Assembly (NCBI GenBank): GCA_965644295.1
Contig: CBFFRP010000443.1
Span: 1 to 43,921, forward strand
Length of the DNA: 43,921 nt
Direction: 5' to 3'
DNA from: Paraphysomonas bandaiensis
Lineage: Eukaryota; Protista; Chrysophyceae
A program made the position numbers and the translations under genes. This document shows, one piece after another, positions 26,432-38,008 of this stretch. Under the pieces are notes generated by a model. The model saw only the letters and a list, made by a program, of their open reading frames with translations. It made no database searches and was not told the origin of the DNA. Position 1 is the stretch's first letter. Every line of letters begins with the position of its first letter.

Positions 26432-27209
26432 TGACTGCTGAAGTGCAGTGATACTGCTCTTATTTGTTCTTCATTATGTCTCATTATAATAAAGAATTGA
26501 TCTTTATAATAGTAAAACAATGTTGTGATTATTAGAGTGTTAGTAATGAACACGATAGAGTGAAAATTATGAATAACAATATAGAACATAGCAATATTCA
26601 ACCTATGTTGTACAGATGGTATGTACAAACTTAAGCATATACAATAGAGAGCTCATACAGCATAAAATAACCTGATAGCTGGTTCTTACACGCATTAAGG
26701 TTTCCGTAAATTGAATTATTAGTACTTGTCTTATAATGTCACTTGATAATGAAACCCTACTGCTTAACCAATTAAAAGTTTTCTCATACTCATCCTCTGT
26801 ATCAAAGTTTGACATTATACGAGAAGTATTAACTTAACAACAGAAGGTAAATATCCCCCAGTGCATTTTCCTTAGTGTACTCTTCAGTGCCAAACATGTC
26901 TCCGCCTTTTTCGGCTTTTGCCCAAGTTTCAATCAGGTGTCCAAGTGTTGATATTTGTGAACTCCATGCATTCTCAGGGAATGACTCCAGAATGGTCTCA
27001 TGAGCCTCCTGTTATTGAGGGTATGTAACGAAGAAATTTCTCAATAACAGGTATTCGAAGTTCTTGCAGCACGCGACATTGAATATCATGAGACATATAT
27101 ATATCCTTCTTATGAGCAGACGTCCTTCGATGAGAGAAAAAGACTCTTGCGCATCATTACATTTCATCCTCAGGTAAGGATTCCAAATTTTACCCCCCCA
27201 CTCTCTCTC

Positions 27210-27331
27210 CAGGGTAAGCATTTTGGTAAGCATTTTCAAAAACTTACCCCGAAAATGCTTACCAGGGCAAACAGAAATTGATTTTCGGCGTATTTTGGTA
27301 AGGAATGCTTACCAAAAAAATGCTTACCCTT
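27210..27331. repeat. ~120-bp palindromic mini-element nested in the pogo-like element
   Basis: agggtaagcattttggtaagcatt ... aatgcttaccaaaaaaatgcttaccct; ggtaagcatt/aatgcttacc motif occurs 5 or more times; no TSD seen. Confidence 0.65.
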
Positions 27332-27451
27332 GTAACAGAAAATGACCTCAGTTTTCCATTAGAATTATGTGTGATGAAGTGTCCTGGACCAAAATCCGCG
27401 ATATAAAAGGGTATCGCGATATACATACCGCGATATATCGAGAATGCGCTG

Positions 27452-27761
27452 TATGTATGTATGTATGTATGTATGTATGTATGTATGTATGTATGTATGT
27501 ATGTATGTATGTATGTATGTATGTATGTATGTATGTATGTATGTATGTATGTATGTATGTATGTATGTATGTATGTATGTATGTATGTATGTATGTATGT
27601 ATGTATGTATGTATGTATGTATGTATGTATGTATGTATGTATGTATGTATGTATGTATGTATGTATGTATGTATGTATGTATGTATGTATGTATGTATGT
27701 ATGTATGTATGTATGTATGTATGTATGTATGTATGTATGTATGTATGTATGTATGTATGTA
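27452..27761 (+). repeat. (TATG)n microsatellite, right part of the split array
   Basis: Seen directly; resumes in the same phase after the right TIR. Confidence 0.97.
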
Positions 27762-28104
27762 CTATATATGTAGAGTAGGTAGGTACTTTATGTAGGTAGG
27801 TACATGTAGGTACAGTAGGTATGGTATGTCTATAGATATGGTGGATATGGTATATCCTGCGGATCTCTAGAAAGGTCTGGAAAAAATGAGAAAATAAGGG
27901 ATATTTTGGTGTTGCTGTATATAAACTCTAGTTTTTATACTTTGTTGTGGTGTGGTGTCTGCAGCAGTGTGAGGAGTATATACACACATATATATACACA
28001 CATATATACACACATACATATATATACACATATATACACATACATACATATATATACACACATATACACACATCTCTTAAAGTAACAACAATCAATCTGC
28101 AAAC

Positions 28105-29528
28105 ATGGTGTGTTGTCTTCTTTGCTTCAGTGGTGAGCCCGTAGACGATGATCCCAAATCTCTTCGTGAGAAGAAGTTTCAAATCAGCTTGATGGATGCA
28201 GTCACTAAAGGGTACAACACACACACACACACACACACTCTGACTGCTATACACACACTCACACACACACACACCACTCTGACTGCTATACACACACACC
28301 ACTCTGACTGCTATACACACACACACACACTCTGCATACACACGCACACACACACACACTCTGACTGCTATATACACACACACACACGCTGACTGCTATA
28401 CACACACACACACACACACACCACTCTGACTGACTGACTGACTGACTGACTGCTGTACACACACACACACCACTCTGACTGACTGACTGACTGCTGTACA
28501 CACACACACACCACTCTGACTGCTATACACACACACACACACACACACCACTCTGACTGACTGACTGACTGACTGACTGCTGTACACACACACACACCAC
28601 TCTGACTGACTGACTGACTGCTGTACACACACACACACCACTCTGACTGCTATACACACACACACACACTGACTGACTGACTGCTATACACACACACCAC
28701 TCTACATAGACACACATGGACGGTACATATATATATACATCCACTGACTGACTCATATAAATCACACACACACTGAGTGGCTGTATGCGATAACTGACTC
28801 TCATCACTATATATATACATGTTATAACCTCTTGTGTTTATAGTCAGCCCTGTTGTATCGCCTCGTGTTTCTGCCCTTGTTGCGCCGCATATCAGGCAAG
28901 AACTGCTGTGTTAGATAACGACATGAGCAAGTAGGTCCCTCCCGTCCTGTTTATATGTATTTATAATATGGTTCAGGTATGTGTGCTGTCAGGGGTACAT
29001 TAGTGGGTGCTGCTGTTGCAAACCAGGACAAGTTGGCGAACAATCATGTCCTGAGTTTTGCTTGTGTCTGGAGGCTTTCTGCTGTGTGGGACCATCCATG
29101 TCTACCAGCAGGATGTACCTCATGGACAAACACGCCCTCGGCTACGATCCATGCGACAATAAGCTCATCCGTTTCAGTAATTGCTGTAAGTTCTTGCTTT
29201 GGTATTGGAGATATCTTGTGACTTCAGTTTAGTGCAGATTCTATCCTGCATCTGCAACATCCTCGCTATTTTCATATCTGAGCTACGAGAGCTAGCAAGA
29301 CTCATCCAGTGCATCGCTGATCTTGTTTTTTATAGCATGATGGGCTGGTACGAGCTTTTTATTTCAGTATCGTAGTCGCTTTTGATAGTGTATGTATGTT
29401 GCAGCATGTCTGCACAGATCCAGTATGAAGTGGAGTACCAAAAGACTGTTTCTTCGGGGGGATATGCCGACTCTACCGCCACTCCCATCGTTGCCAGTGC
29501 CAAGCCCTACGAGGAGAACTATAAGTAG
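28105..29528 (+). CDS. PLAC8-family cysteine-rich protein, ~213 aa, 5 exons (28105-28211, 28844-28930, 28977-29185, 29233-29347, 29405-29528)
   Basis: Spliced protein has CCIASCFCPCC, DMSKYVCCQGY, GEQSCPEFCLCLEAFCC, DPCDNKLIRFSNCLQILSCIC and ADLVFYSMMGCMSAQ. Spliced length is 642 nt and in frame. Confidence 0.85.
28212..28843 (+). repeat. 632-bp first intron filled with a compound (CA)n/(CTGA)n/ccactctgactgctata higher-order satellite
   Basis: Seen directly; bounded by GT and AG. Confidence 0.9.
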
Positions 29529-30071
29529 GCGACTGACGTATCCTCAGACTAGGCGAATATGCGCATGGTTTGTGTTGTTTTGTGCGCCCATAGTTTGTAG
29601 AGCAAATTGGTGTCCACTCAACACTTATCGTATTCTTGCTGCCGAATGCAATATATGTAGTGACATATTAGCTTCTTATGACATCGTTGTATTGTAAGTT
29701 TAAAAATTGCAGAAAGCCGGGTTTTCATTCTATTTCTGTATTATTTGCTGAATTGGTTGTGAAATGTCGTTACCCTGACATCGTAATCGCTGTACTCTAC
29801 TCGTGTAGTATACTTGTTTATACGTTTATACATTCACACATGATAAAGTGAAAACACACTACGGCTGTGAAATGGGAAATATTATTGAACCTATTCATCA
29901 TCACGCTTATGTACATTATCACGCTTAACCCCTGCATGTGCAACTGACTCTCGATGATGTGACTCTTACAACTTGATAAGAAAAACGTGTCGCAAACCCT
30001 GAATAGATAGCGTGCCATGCACATAATCGCTTTCAGCATCAGATGTGGCATTTGAGCCTTGAGTAATATTC

Positions 30072-30635
30072 TTGAACAATTGTTACGAAGTCCTGGGAGA
30101 TGACATACACAACCACCTGACGGTTCACAGTCTACGGAACCTAGAAACAGTGGTTATTAATCTCCTGCAACCGCTTTACACTGCAGCGAAGCTTATGTTA
30201 CAGGATCGCGGTTGTCGCTATATCACCATGTCCAAAAGGCCGCCCAGGCTACTCCCGAGACCCCGTCCGAAACGCAGTCAGTCAAGACAACGTCCGAGAG
30301 TCCTTCGACTACTAGGGGTCCAACGAAGACCCCCCACAGCGTATCCGACTCCAGACACACGTGCACACCTCACAGGTCCTACCCGACAGAGCACTGGACT
30401 GCCCAGACCTCCACAACGCCGACGGCTTCGACAACTCTATCTACACCCGCGGCCCCACAGGAGCACAGTAACACATACTACAAACCCAACTCCTCCTCAC
30501 AACAATCCCCACCACTCCCAACCCACACATCTGGAACTAGGTGCACTCAGGACCCTAATTCAGAATGCTGAGCCCCCTCCAAAACCAATGGAGACCCATC
30601 CCAAAGGGAGACCCCCAGATCAAAAGCGCCGGTGA
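30072..30635 (+). pseudogene. Pro/Thr/His/Arg-rich frame, probably a retroelement ORF1-like remnant
   Basis: C/A-rich strand bias unlike the host genes, no good ATG and no recognised domain. Confidence 0.3.
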
Positions 30636-32166
30636 GTCCACGGACACACGATAAAGGCGAATTTCATATCACACAAAAAGAACGGAAGTGGTTGCACCTT
30701 GGTGCTTGCGGCGACGCACAAGCAGCTTTCGTAGCGTTAAATAGTAGGATAAAAGAGTTTGTATTGATTAGTTACGGGTAGTGGTCTAACTAGTATGACT
30801 AGCATTCTTCTAGCCACTAATTGATGCAAGGTCTCAACGCCTATTGCTAAATAATCAGACATTCACTATACGAAGTCCTGGTATGAAAATAGGTCACTTC
30901 CACTGGCATCACTTTTATCTTCCGTATATATAACTTGCAACGTGGAGTGTTTGATGATCTGATATTTTGAAAGATAAATAAATTATCGCTGCAGTTTTCT
31001 TAAATCACTTTTAAAAGACTGTTGAATAGAGTGCTTCTAAAACCGAATGTTGAAGTTAAATGTCTATATTTGACCGGTGCTAATGTTATTATGAGCGTTC
31101 GGTTGTCTATTAATATAATTCAATATCTTCATTCATTAATTGATGGGGTAGGTGAATACCATCAACACCAAGTCATCCCAGACAACAACATAGTTATTGT
31201 GTAAGCTGAAAATATGAGTTATTTAATGACTGGATTTTCAATCCCATGACTAGGATTTTACATTATTTCTGGTTACTGCAGTTAATGGAAAGTTACATAT
31301 AATATATATATAAAATAGCGTATACTGATGGTCGTCATGATAAACTTAAGTTATTGTGATTTTATAACTCACAAGTAGCTTTAGTAGTCCTGACTCTTAA
31401 TGCTCTTTGCTAATAATAAGGCATTCAACACAAGTGGTTAGAAACGGAGTCCTTCAGCAAAGTCCGTTACAATGTAATAATAGGTAAAGTTATATATATA
31501 TAATATATCATAACACTAATTTTGGTGCAACTACCTCAATAGGTATAGATGAAAATCCTCGTCGTATTTATTGTTTACAAATTTCTGTTTCACAGCCTCA
31601 TTCGTTTCATAGGTATTCAACCCCAGAATATTAAGAAGAGTAAGAGGGCGTCATCAGGCGCCATCAGGTGTCAGAGCACCGGCACTGCCATCATGTACAC
31701 CTGCCTAGTAATAAGTCGACATATATCATCATTTATCTGTCCCGTAGTTAGAACTTATCTAATAAAACGCTCCACCTGAGGTATTCTGCATTCGTTAGAG
31801 AGCTTACTGCTATATCTTTAATATTTTGAAACGCGTAGTTATATATGTTAGCACAATTTATGACTATGTTATGTTTTTAACTACAATAATTAGCTACTCT
31901 GAATGATGTAATATTGTTGATTTATTATTTAATAACATAATATTTTCTTTTGTCACGTCACTGTGGATACGATACATGCTGATACTAAGTTTCCTAAGTC
32001 CTGCATACATATGTAATATATTATACACAACTTAATATGTATCAATTTTGTCATCGAAATTCACCAACCATATATTAGAATATGGATTATATTCTAGTAT
32101 ATTCAGTATATCACTTGAAGATAATGTACGAGAATACAGTGAAATAAATATATATGGTGTACAAAT

Positions 32167-32505
32167 CAGGGCCTGGTCAACGGTAATGCCAATATAATTG
32201 CCGGGACATTTGTCATTAATGCCATTAAATTGCCGGGAACCAAACTACCATTAATGACCTGTGCTGCTATATATAGAACTGCAAGAAGATCCTGATATGC
32301 CAGTAGAGATCGATAAGTAGTTACAATTCGTAGTCTGCTATTTAATTAAAAATTAGTAATTAAGGGAGCACTACTATACAATCTATTATGAGCGGTATTA
32401 TCTACTTTAAGTTATTATAATTGCCGGGACATTTGTCATTAATGCCATTATAATTGCCGGGTACTGGACTACAATTAATGGGCCATTAACGTTTACCAGG
32501 CCCTG
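32167..32505. mobile_element. hAT-superfamily MITE, 339 bp
   Basis: TIRs CAGGGCCTGGTcAACGgTAATG ... CATTAACGTTTACCAGGCCCTG; 8-bp TSD with one mismatch (gtacaaat 32159-32166, gcacaaat 32506-32513); four aattgccggg subterminal repeats. Confidence 0.88.
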
Positions 32506-33043
32506 GCACAAATGCTGTGATGATATTGAGAAACTAAAATAGGTTGATCTTTCAAGATATGTTTAGTAACGAGAGGTTCACATGTTTACATATGTAGGAG
32601 ATTATGCGTGGAACAAAATGAGATTGTGTTGTTTGTCACATTTTCGTGTAAACGATATTAATTAATCTATCTAATCTAACGACAAATTCTCTCTGTGATC
32701 TAGTTAAGAAAATGAGCAATTTCCAACACCATACACAGGCCAGGGCAAAATTATACTAGTTTTAGTATTAAACTTGAATACTTACATTCTTGTTATTGCG
32801 TATTAACGTTTCACGTACTATATCTATATTTCGTAGACGACTTCGGGGCTGCATATGCAAACTTAGGTCAAGCTCGAATAACTCTCATACTGTAAATTGT
32901 TATTATCAATTATTATACGATATACACACATGTTAATAATTAACATCTAACATAATGATGGGGAGAACTTTCACATAAATCAGCTCATGCTTACTGTGAA
33001 GTGTCTAGTGATGGCATAGGCATCCGAATCAGCTACTATAGCT

Positions 33044-35967
33044 CTACTTATCATCCTCGTCAATCTCTCCACCTTCTTCATCGTCACTCTCAATTTCATC
33101 AAGCTTGGCGCGTTTATCTGCAGCAAGGTCATCTGCCTGATTATCCTCACCATCCACATCCCATATGTCCATATCATTCAGCTCCTGCATTATCTGCTCC
33201 CTGATATCCTGAGCAGTGAAAGCGAACTTCTTATTGGCATCTCTCCTGTTGTATGTCACTGTTACAGTGTACAGGAATGCATTACGTTCATCGTACTCCA
33301 GAACCACAGTAGGTCGAGTCCCCCCCCAATCCTGCTTCAATTGATCGATATACGTTATTTTCACGATATCATTTACACTGTCGTAATTACGATCGTCATA
33401 TGATTGAGCCTTCGTCTTTACAAAATTAACGAGCTTCTCCACGAATATCTTCCTATGCAGTTTCAGCCGTACAGTGGTGAGGCCTTGAGAAACGAAGTTA
33501 TTGCTACGGTAGACAGCGTATACCACTCCTGAAACTGCCACCCAGCAGAGCATCGAGAAAAAGAACCACAGTAAAGGTGTCGTCAATACGACGTCATCCC
33601 AGAATGATACGAACCACCCTGACTGAATGATAGTCCACCCTGGTCCCGTTAGACGATCTAAAAAGTTGAAAGCCAGTATACCAGCGAATATCATCTGCAA
33701 TATCTGTAAAGAATGCGCTGCCCGTTCATTTGATGACTGTAATGAACACATCTTCTTCGTGTTTAGGTCCACGCTCTCGTTCAATTGAAACATTTTTGCT
33801 TCACTGACCATTGCACTCATCTCTCGAAGCACATCCAAAAACCGATGACTACCTGCGATATTCTTCTTCAAATCAGTAGCTCGTCGCACCAACTGGTTGC
33901 GCATGCCACCAATTTCGAGTCTCTCGTACAACGATCGCCCCGCTTGCTCTGGTGGCTCCGGAGGAATCTCTATAATCTCCAGTGCCTCCAACAAATATCC
34001 CAGCATCTCCTCAAGCTGAATGACATCTTTAGCGAGGCGGCATATGCGGTACCTAATCCTGTTAAGCGCCCGAGGGTCTTTAGTACCCTCATTTATGATT
34101 TTATTGGTAGTGATCATGTCGTCATTTAGGATCCAGAGTCGAGCGAAAAAGTTTTGGAGAAAAATGTCAATAGTGATGAATTGCAGATAGGCACAAAGCA
34201 AAGGCTCGTGATGTCGGCTATTCGGCCCGGCCACCAGCAAACCATGACTACCAAAGATAAGTGTGTCGTGCTCAGATATATCGTATGCGGCCTTGGTGTC
34301 CCCAATAACCTGCTTGAGCTCGTTCTCATACTCGCCCTTGTCCATGTATTCTTCAGCAGTCAAATGAGGGGTAATTTCATTGGCGATTATAAGATTCACT
34401 TTGTTTCTGTTGGCTGAGTCCCCAAGGAAAACCAACTGTATAAGTTCCCTTTGATACTGGGATATGATGCTGTCGACAATAGAGGATGAGTCCTGCTGCA
34501 CGTCCACCAGTAGACGTGACAAGTGATCGAGAGAGATGTTGTCCTTAATTCTATCCATCACAGCCTCCACCTGCAGCCCATAGAAGCAGGTACCCTCTGC
34601 GTTTACGCTTACTCCAAAAGTCTCTACCTGAACAACACCAGTCCCCGCTGCGAAGTTAATCTCCGCCTCAAAGTTAATATGATTGGTGAGTGTATAATCC
34701 AGGATATCCACGGATGTGAGCTCCGGAGACATGGTAATTTGAGTCTCCGCGGACTTGTCGTCTATAGCAGGAGAAATAAAACCACCCTGAACTCTTTCTG
34801 TTGAGCCTACATTATTGTTCAATTGAACAATCTGGTTGGCACCAAAAGGAATATACTCCGCAACAATGATAGAAACAGAATTTAAGGTGATAACCTCATC
34901 CAGCTCATCACGGATGTTATCAGCACTTACAGCTGACTCATGTGCTCTATGAGCGTTACTCAGTGTCGGTCGCCCACCATATCGCAAACATTGCGGGATA
35001 TAAGCAGATGACACATAGGATACATCCTCCGTATCAGTGATAGTACTCTTACGCCGATACCCACTCGCACTCATCAAGTAGTAGTGTTTCCCATCCCACA
35101 CTGCAGAGAGTAACTCACGTGTACCCTTCGCATACACAAACTCATGCACAGCCTCCTTTTCTTTACGACTAATCCTCTTAACCAGCTCTTTCCCTTTCTC
35201 AGATATTTGGTAACAAGTAATTGGTTGAAATGATTTGGATGACATCTGAAGACCATTTAACAGTTCCTCTTCTCTTAAAAACTCAACATCTGATTTTCCT
35301 TCTTGTGATACATTTAACCATACACGTCTATTACCCACACTCTGTGATGATGGAGCATAATCAAAGTCTAATACACCTGCTACAATACCCTCATATATAA
35401 GGACTATAAGAGCGGGTTTACGGAGCCATTGATCGGTTTCATCTGTACCAGGTGTGGCTTTACGTGTGTAGAGACTGATCATATATAAGAGACGATTTTG
35501 GTTTTCTGTTAAGCCCTGTGTGTATATATGTGTGTTAGTTGATATGTTATATGTATAGATATATAGTTATATACACATGTTATATATATATATATACAGC
35601 TATACACACACATCTATCTATACATATGCAGGTATATACACAGCTATACAGTCATATCTATCTATACACACACACAGCTATCTATACATATACACACACA
35701 GTTATCTATACACAGCTATACATACATATACACATCTAGCTATACACACACAGCTATACAGTCACATCTACACACATCTATCTATACACAGATAGCTATA
35801 GAAGCTATAGACATCTCTACAGTCTCATCACACTCTCTCTACATCTCTCTACATCTCTGTATAGATATACGCACCGTGTCCTCATCCTCATCAGATTCCG
35901 TCCCTGTCTCACTCCCTGATGAGATGTTATCATCCTCATCATCAGGTTCTTCATGTTCAGGTTTCAT
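33044..35967 (-). CDS. Uncharacterised ~854-aa membrane protein: acidic N-terminus, winged-helix-like segment, globular middle, long helices plus two TM helices (CorA-like topology), C-terminal domain; 2 exons (35967-35875, 35515-33044)
   Basis: The 812-aa track ORF extends upstream (GLTENQNRLLY) to an AG acceptor and joins a 31-codon acidic exon across a 359-bp GT-AG intron. TM candidates are LQILQMIFAGILAFNFL and PLLWFFFSMLCWVAVSGVVYAVY. The gene is well supported; the domain labels are inference. Confidence 0.85.
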
Positions 35968-36625
35968 TATTCAATATATATGATCACTGTGATGGATGTA
36001 TGTATGTATATGTGGAGATTGTTATATAGATGGATGTGTATGTATGTATAGTCACATGTGTATATATATACACGTATGTATGTATATGTATATGTATGTA
36101 TGTATGTGTATGTATGTATAGGGAAGAGACACATACACACAGTCAACATCACTTTGATCCGTTACAGAGAGATAACTGACACCCATAATATCTTCAAAAG
36201 ACAAACTGAAATAATTTGAATAGTTTAGTGAAAATTATATAGGTTTGTATTAAAAATCCAGTTTTTTTTTGTCCCCACCATAACTACAACGAAAAATTGG
36301 GAAATATATATTTCCCCTTCTGTAAATCCATAGTTTTTTTGCAAACCATAGCGATGGAATCTGGAAGGTTCGGTGGGGGGATATGATTGGATGGATCTGT
36401 GCATATATATATAGTATATACCGGAAATACAGAGTGTATTTCTTGTATATTACTTCTAGAATATACAGCTGCAATATACACACACACACACACCACATAC
36501 TGCTGCTGTATACATACATCATCACACTCAACATATACATACACACATCTCTCCTATATAATCAAACCATCATTACATTCACTTCATTTCACTTCACTTT
36601 CATCATTGAATTAATTCACATACTC

Positions 36626-37529
36626 ATGAAATCACATCTCACACTTCTTCTTCTTATAACCCTCTTATCTTTATATTCACAAACATCACGAGCAGCAGAT
36701 TCAACTACATTATCATCTTCATCTAAAAAAAAAAAATCGACACGTGATTGGAATCGAATTAAGGAAGAAGACCTTGAAAAAGACTGGGAAGATGGGGATG
36801 ATGAGGCCGAGTTGGAGCATGAATATGACCGTATTCAACGTATTCAAGCTGAAAAATCAAAAAAATTATCAGCTGCATTAGACATGAATAATCCCAAGCT
36901 ATTAAAAAAAATGTATGTATGACTGTGTATGTATGTGTGACTGTGTGTGTGTGTATGTGACTGTGTATGTATGCTACTGTGTGTGTATGTATGACTGTGT
37001 GTGTATGTGACTGTGACTGTGTATGTATATGACTGTGTGTGTATGTATGTGACTGTGTATGTATGCTACTGTGTGTGTATGTGTATGACTGTGTATGTTA
37101 TATATATATATATATATATGTATATAGAACTGTACGTATAACTGTGTGTATATATGTATGTATATATAACTGTATATGACTGTATATGTATGTAACTGTA
37201 TGTATAGGTTTAAGGAAGGTGCGATGGATACAAAAGGAGGTATGTTTTTTGTAGAATTAAAGAGTACACAACCAGATGGGAGTGAATGGACAACAACTGC
37301 ACAAGATAAACTTGCAAGTCAATGGAGTGCATTACTTCGTACTGCATCACTCTCTGCAAATGTATTCAATTTAGAGCATGGAAAACTATTATTGTCAGTT
37401 GATAAGGGATGGATAATGAAAGATGTTATGAACTTTGTTCTATCCAGGAAGGAAGTGGATAAGGTAGTGAAGGATAATAAGGACTACTTCCCGGAGCAAT
37501 TGGAAGACGAAGACTTGTATGAGTTGTAG
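36626..37529 (+). CDS. MESD/Boca-like ER chaperone, ~202 aa, 2 exons (intron 36913-37207)
   Basis: Signal peptide MKSHLTLLLLITLLSLYSQTSRA, KKKK..RDW...DLEKDWEDGDD, DMNNP, MFFVEL...DKLASQWSALL...VMNFVLSRKEV, and a C-terminal acidic tail ending LYEL. Confidence 0.75.
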
Positions 37530-38008
37530 AGTTGCATTGTGTCTGTATTGGCTTTGCATGTCTACCTTTAATGAGTAATAGTAAGAGCGTGCAATAGTTA
37601 AAGCTATATAAATATAAAGCATAATGCAAAATTTGTATTAAGATATGACACGATTTTCTAAGGATTTGTGATGGAATACTAATTGTGGGCGAATTATTTA
37701 ATTTGTGAGGTGTACTTTGTCAACACTAGTTTTATTGAAATTCTGTGGTTACGACATATTTTTTTCTGAACTATACTTTTTCCTCTCCCTAAAGAAGAGC
37801 TCGTCAGTGGAACTTCACACTTTTTTAGAATTTAGCATTGCTGTCAAGATAGAAGCCAATCACTCATTTCACCCCAAGATATATATTCAATTGCCGTAAC
37901 ACACTCAAAGATCTGTTTCTACTATTTATTATTTAATAAGCAGTCAAGGCAATCAAAATCCCTGCCAACCCCAGCGCACCATAAACAATTTCGCTATTGG
38001 AATACTAT

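Larger units (their letters stand above)
25840..27451 (-). mobile_element. Non-autonomous pogo/Tigger-like (Tc1/mariner superfamily) DNA transposon, 1612 bp
   Basis: Perfect 24-bp TIRs cagcgcattctcgatatatcgcgg at 25840-25863 and 27428-27451; TA target duplication at 25838-25839 and 27452-27453; subterminal cgcgatata and aagtgtcctgga repeats; internal transposase-like C-terminal remnant. Confidence 0.9.

Noticed and set aside
30700-30725. Small hairpin tgcttgcggcgacgcacaagca as a Helitron end or terminator
   Set aside because: No CTRR-T terminus at the expected position and no second copy in the window.
33710-33720. 11-bp match (agaatgcgctg) to the pogo-like TIR end
   Set aside because: Lies within an intact coding exon with no partner TIR or TSD; consistent with chance.
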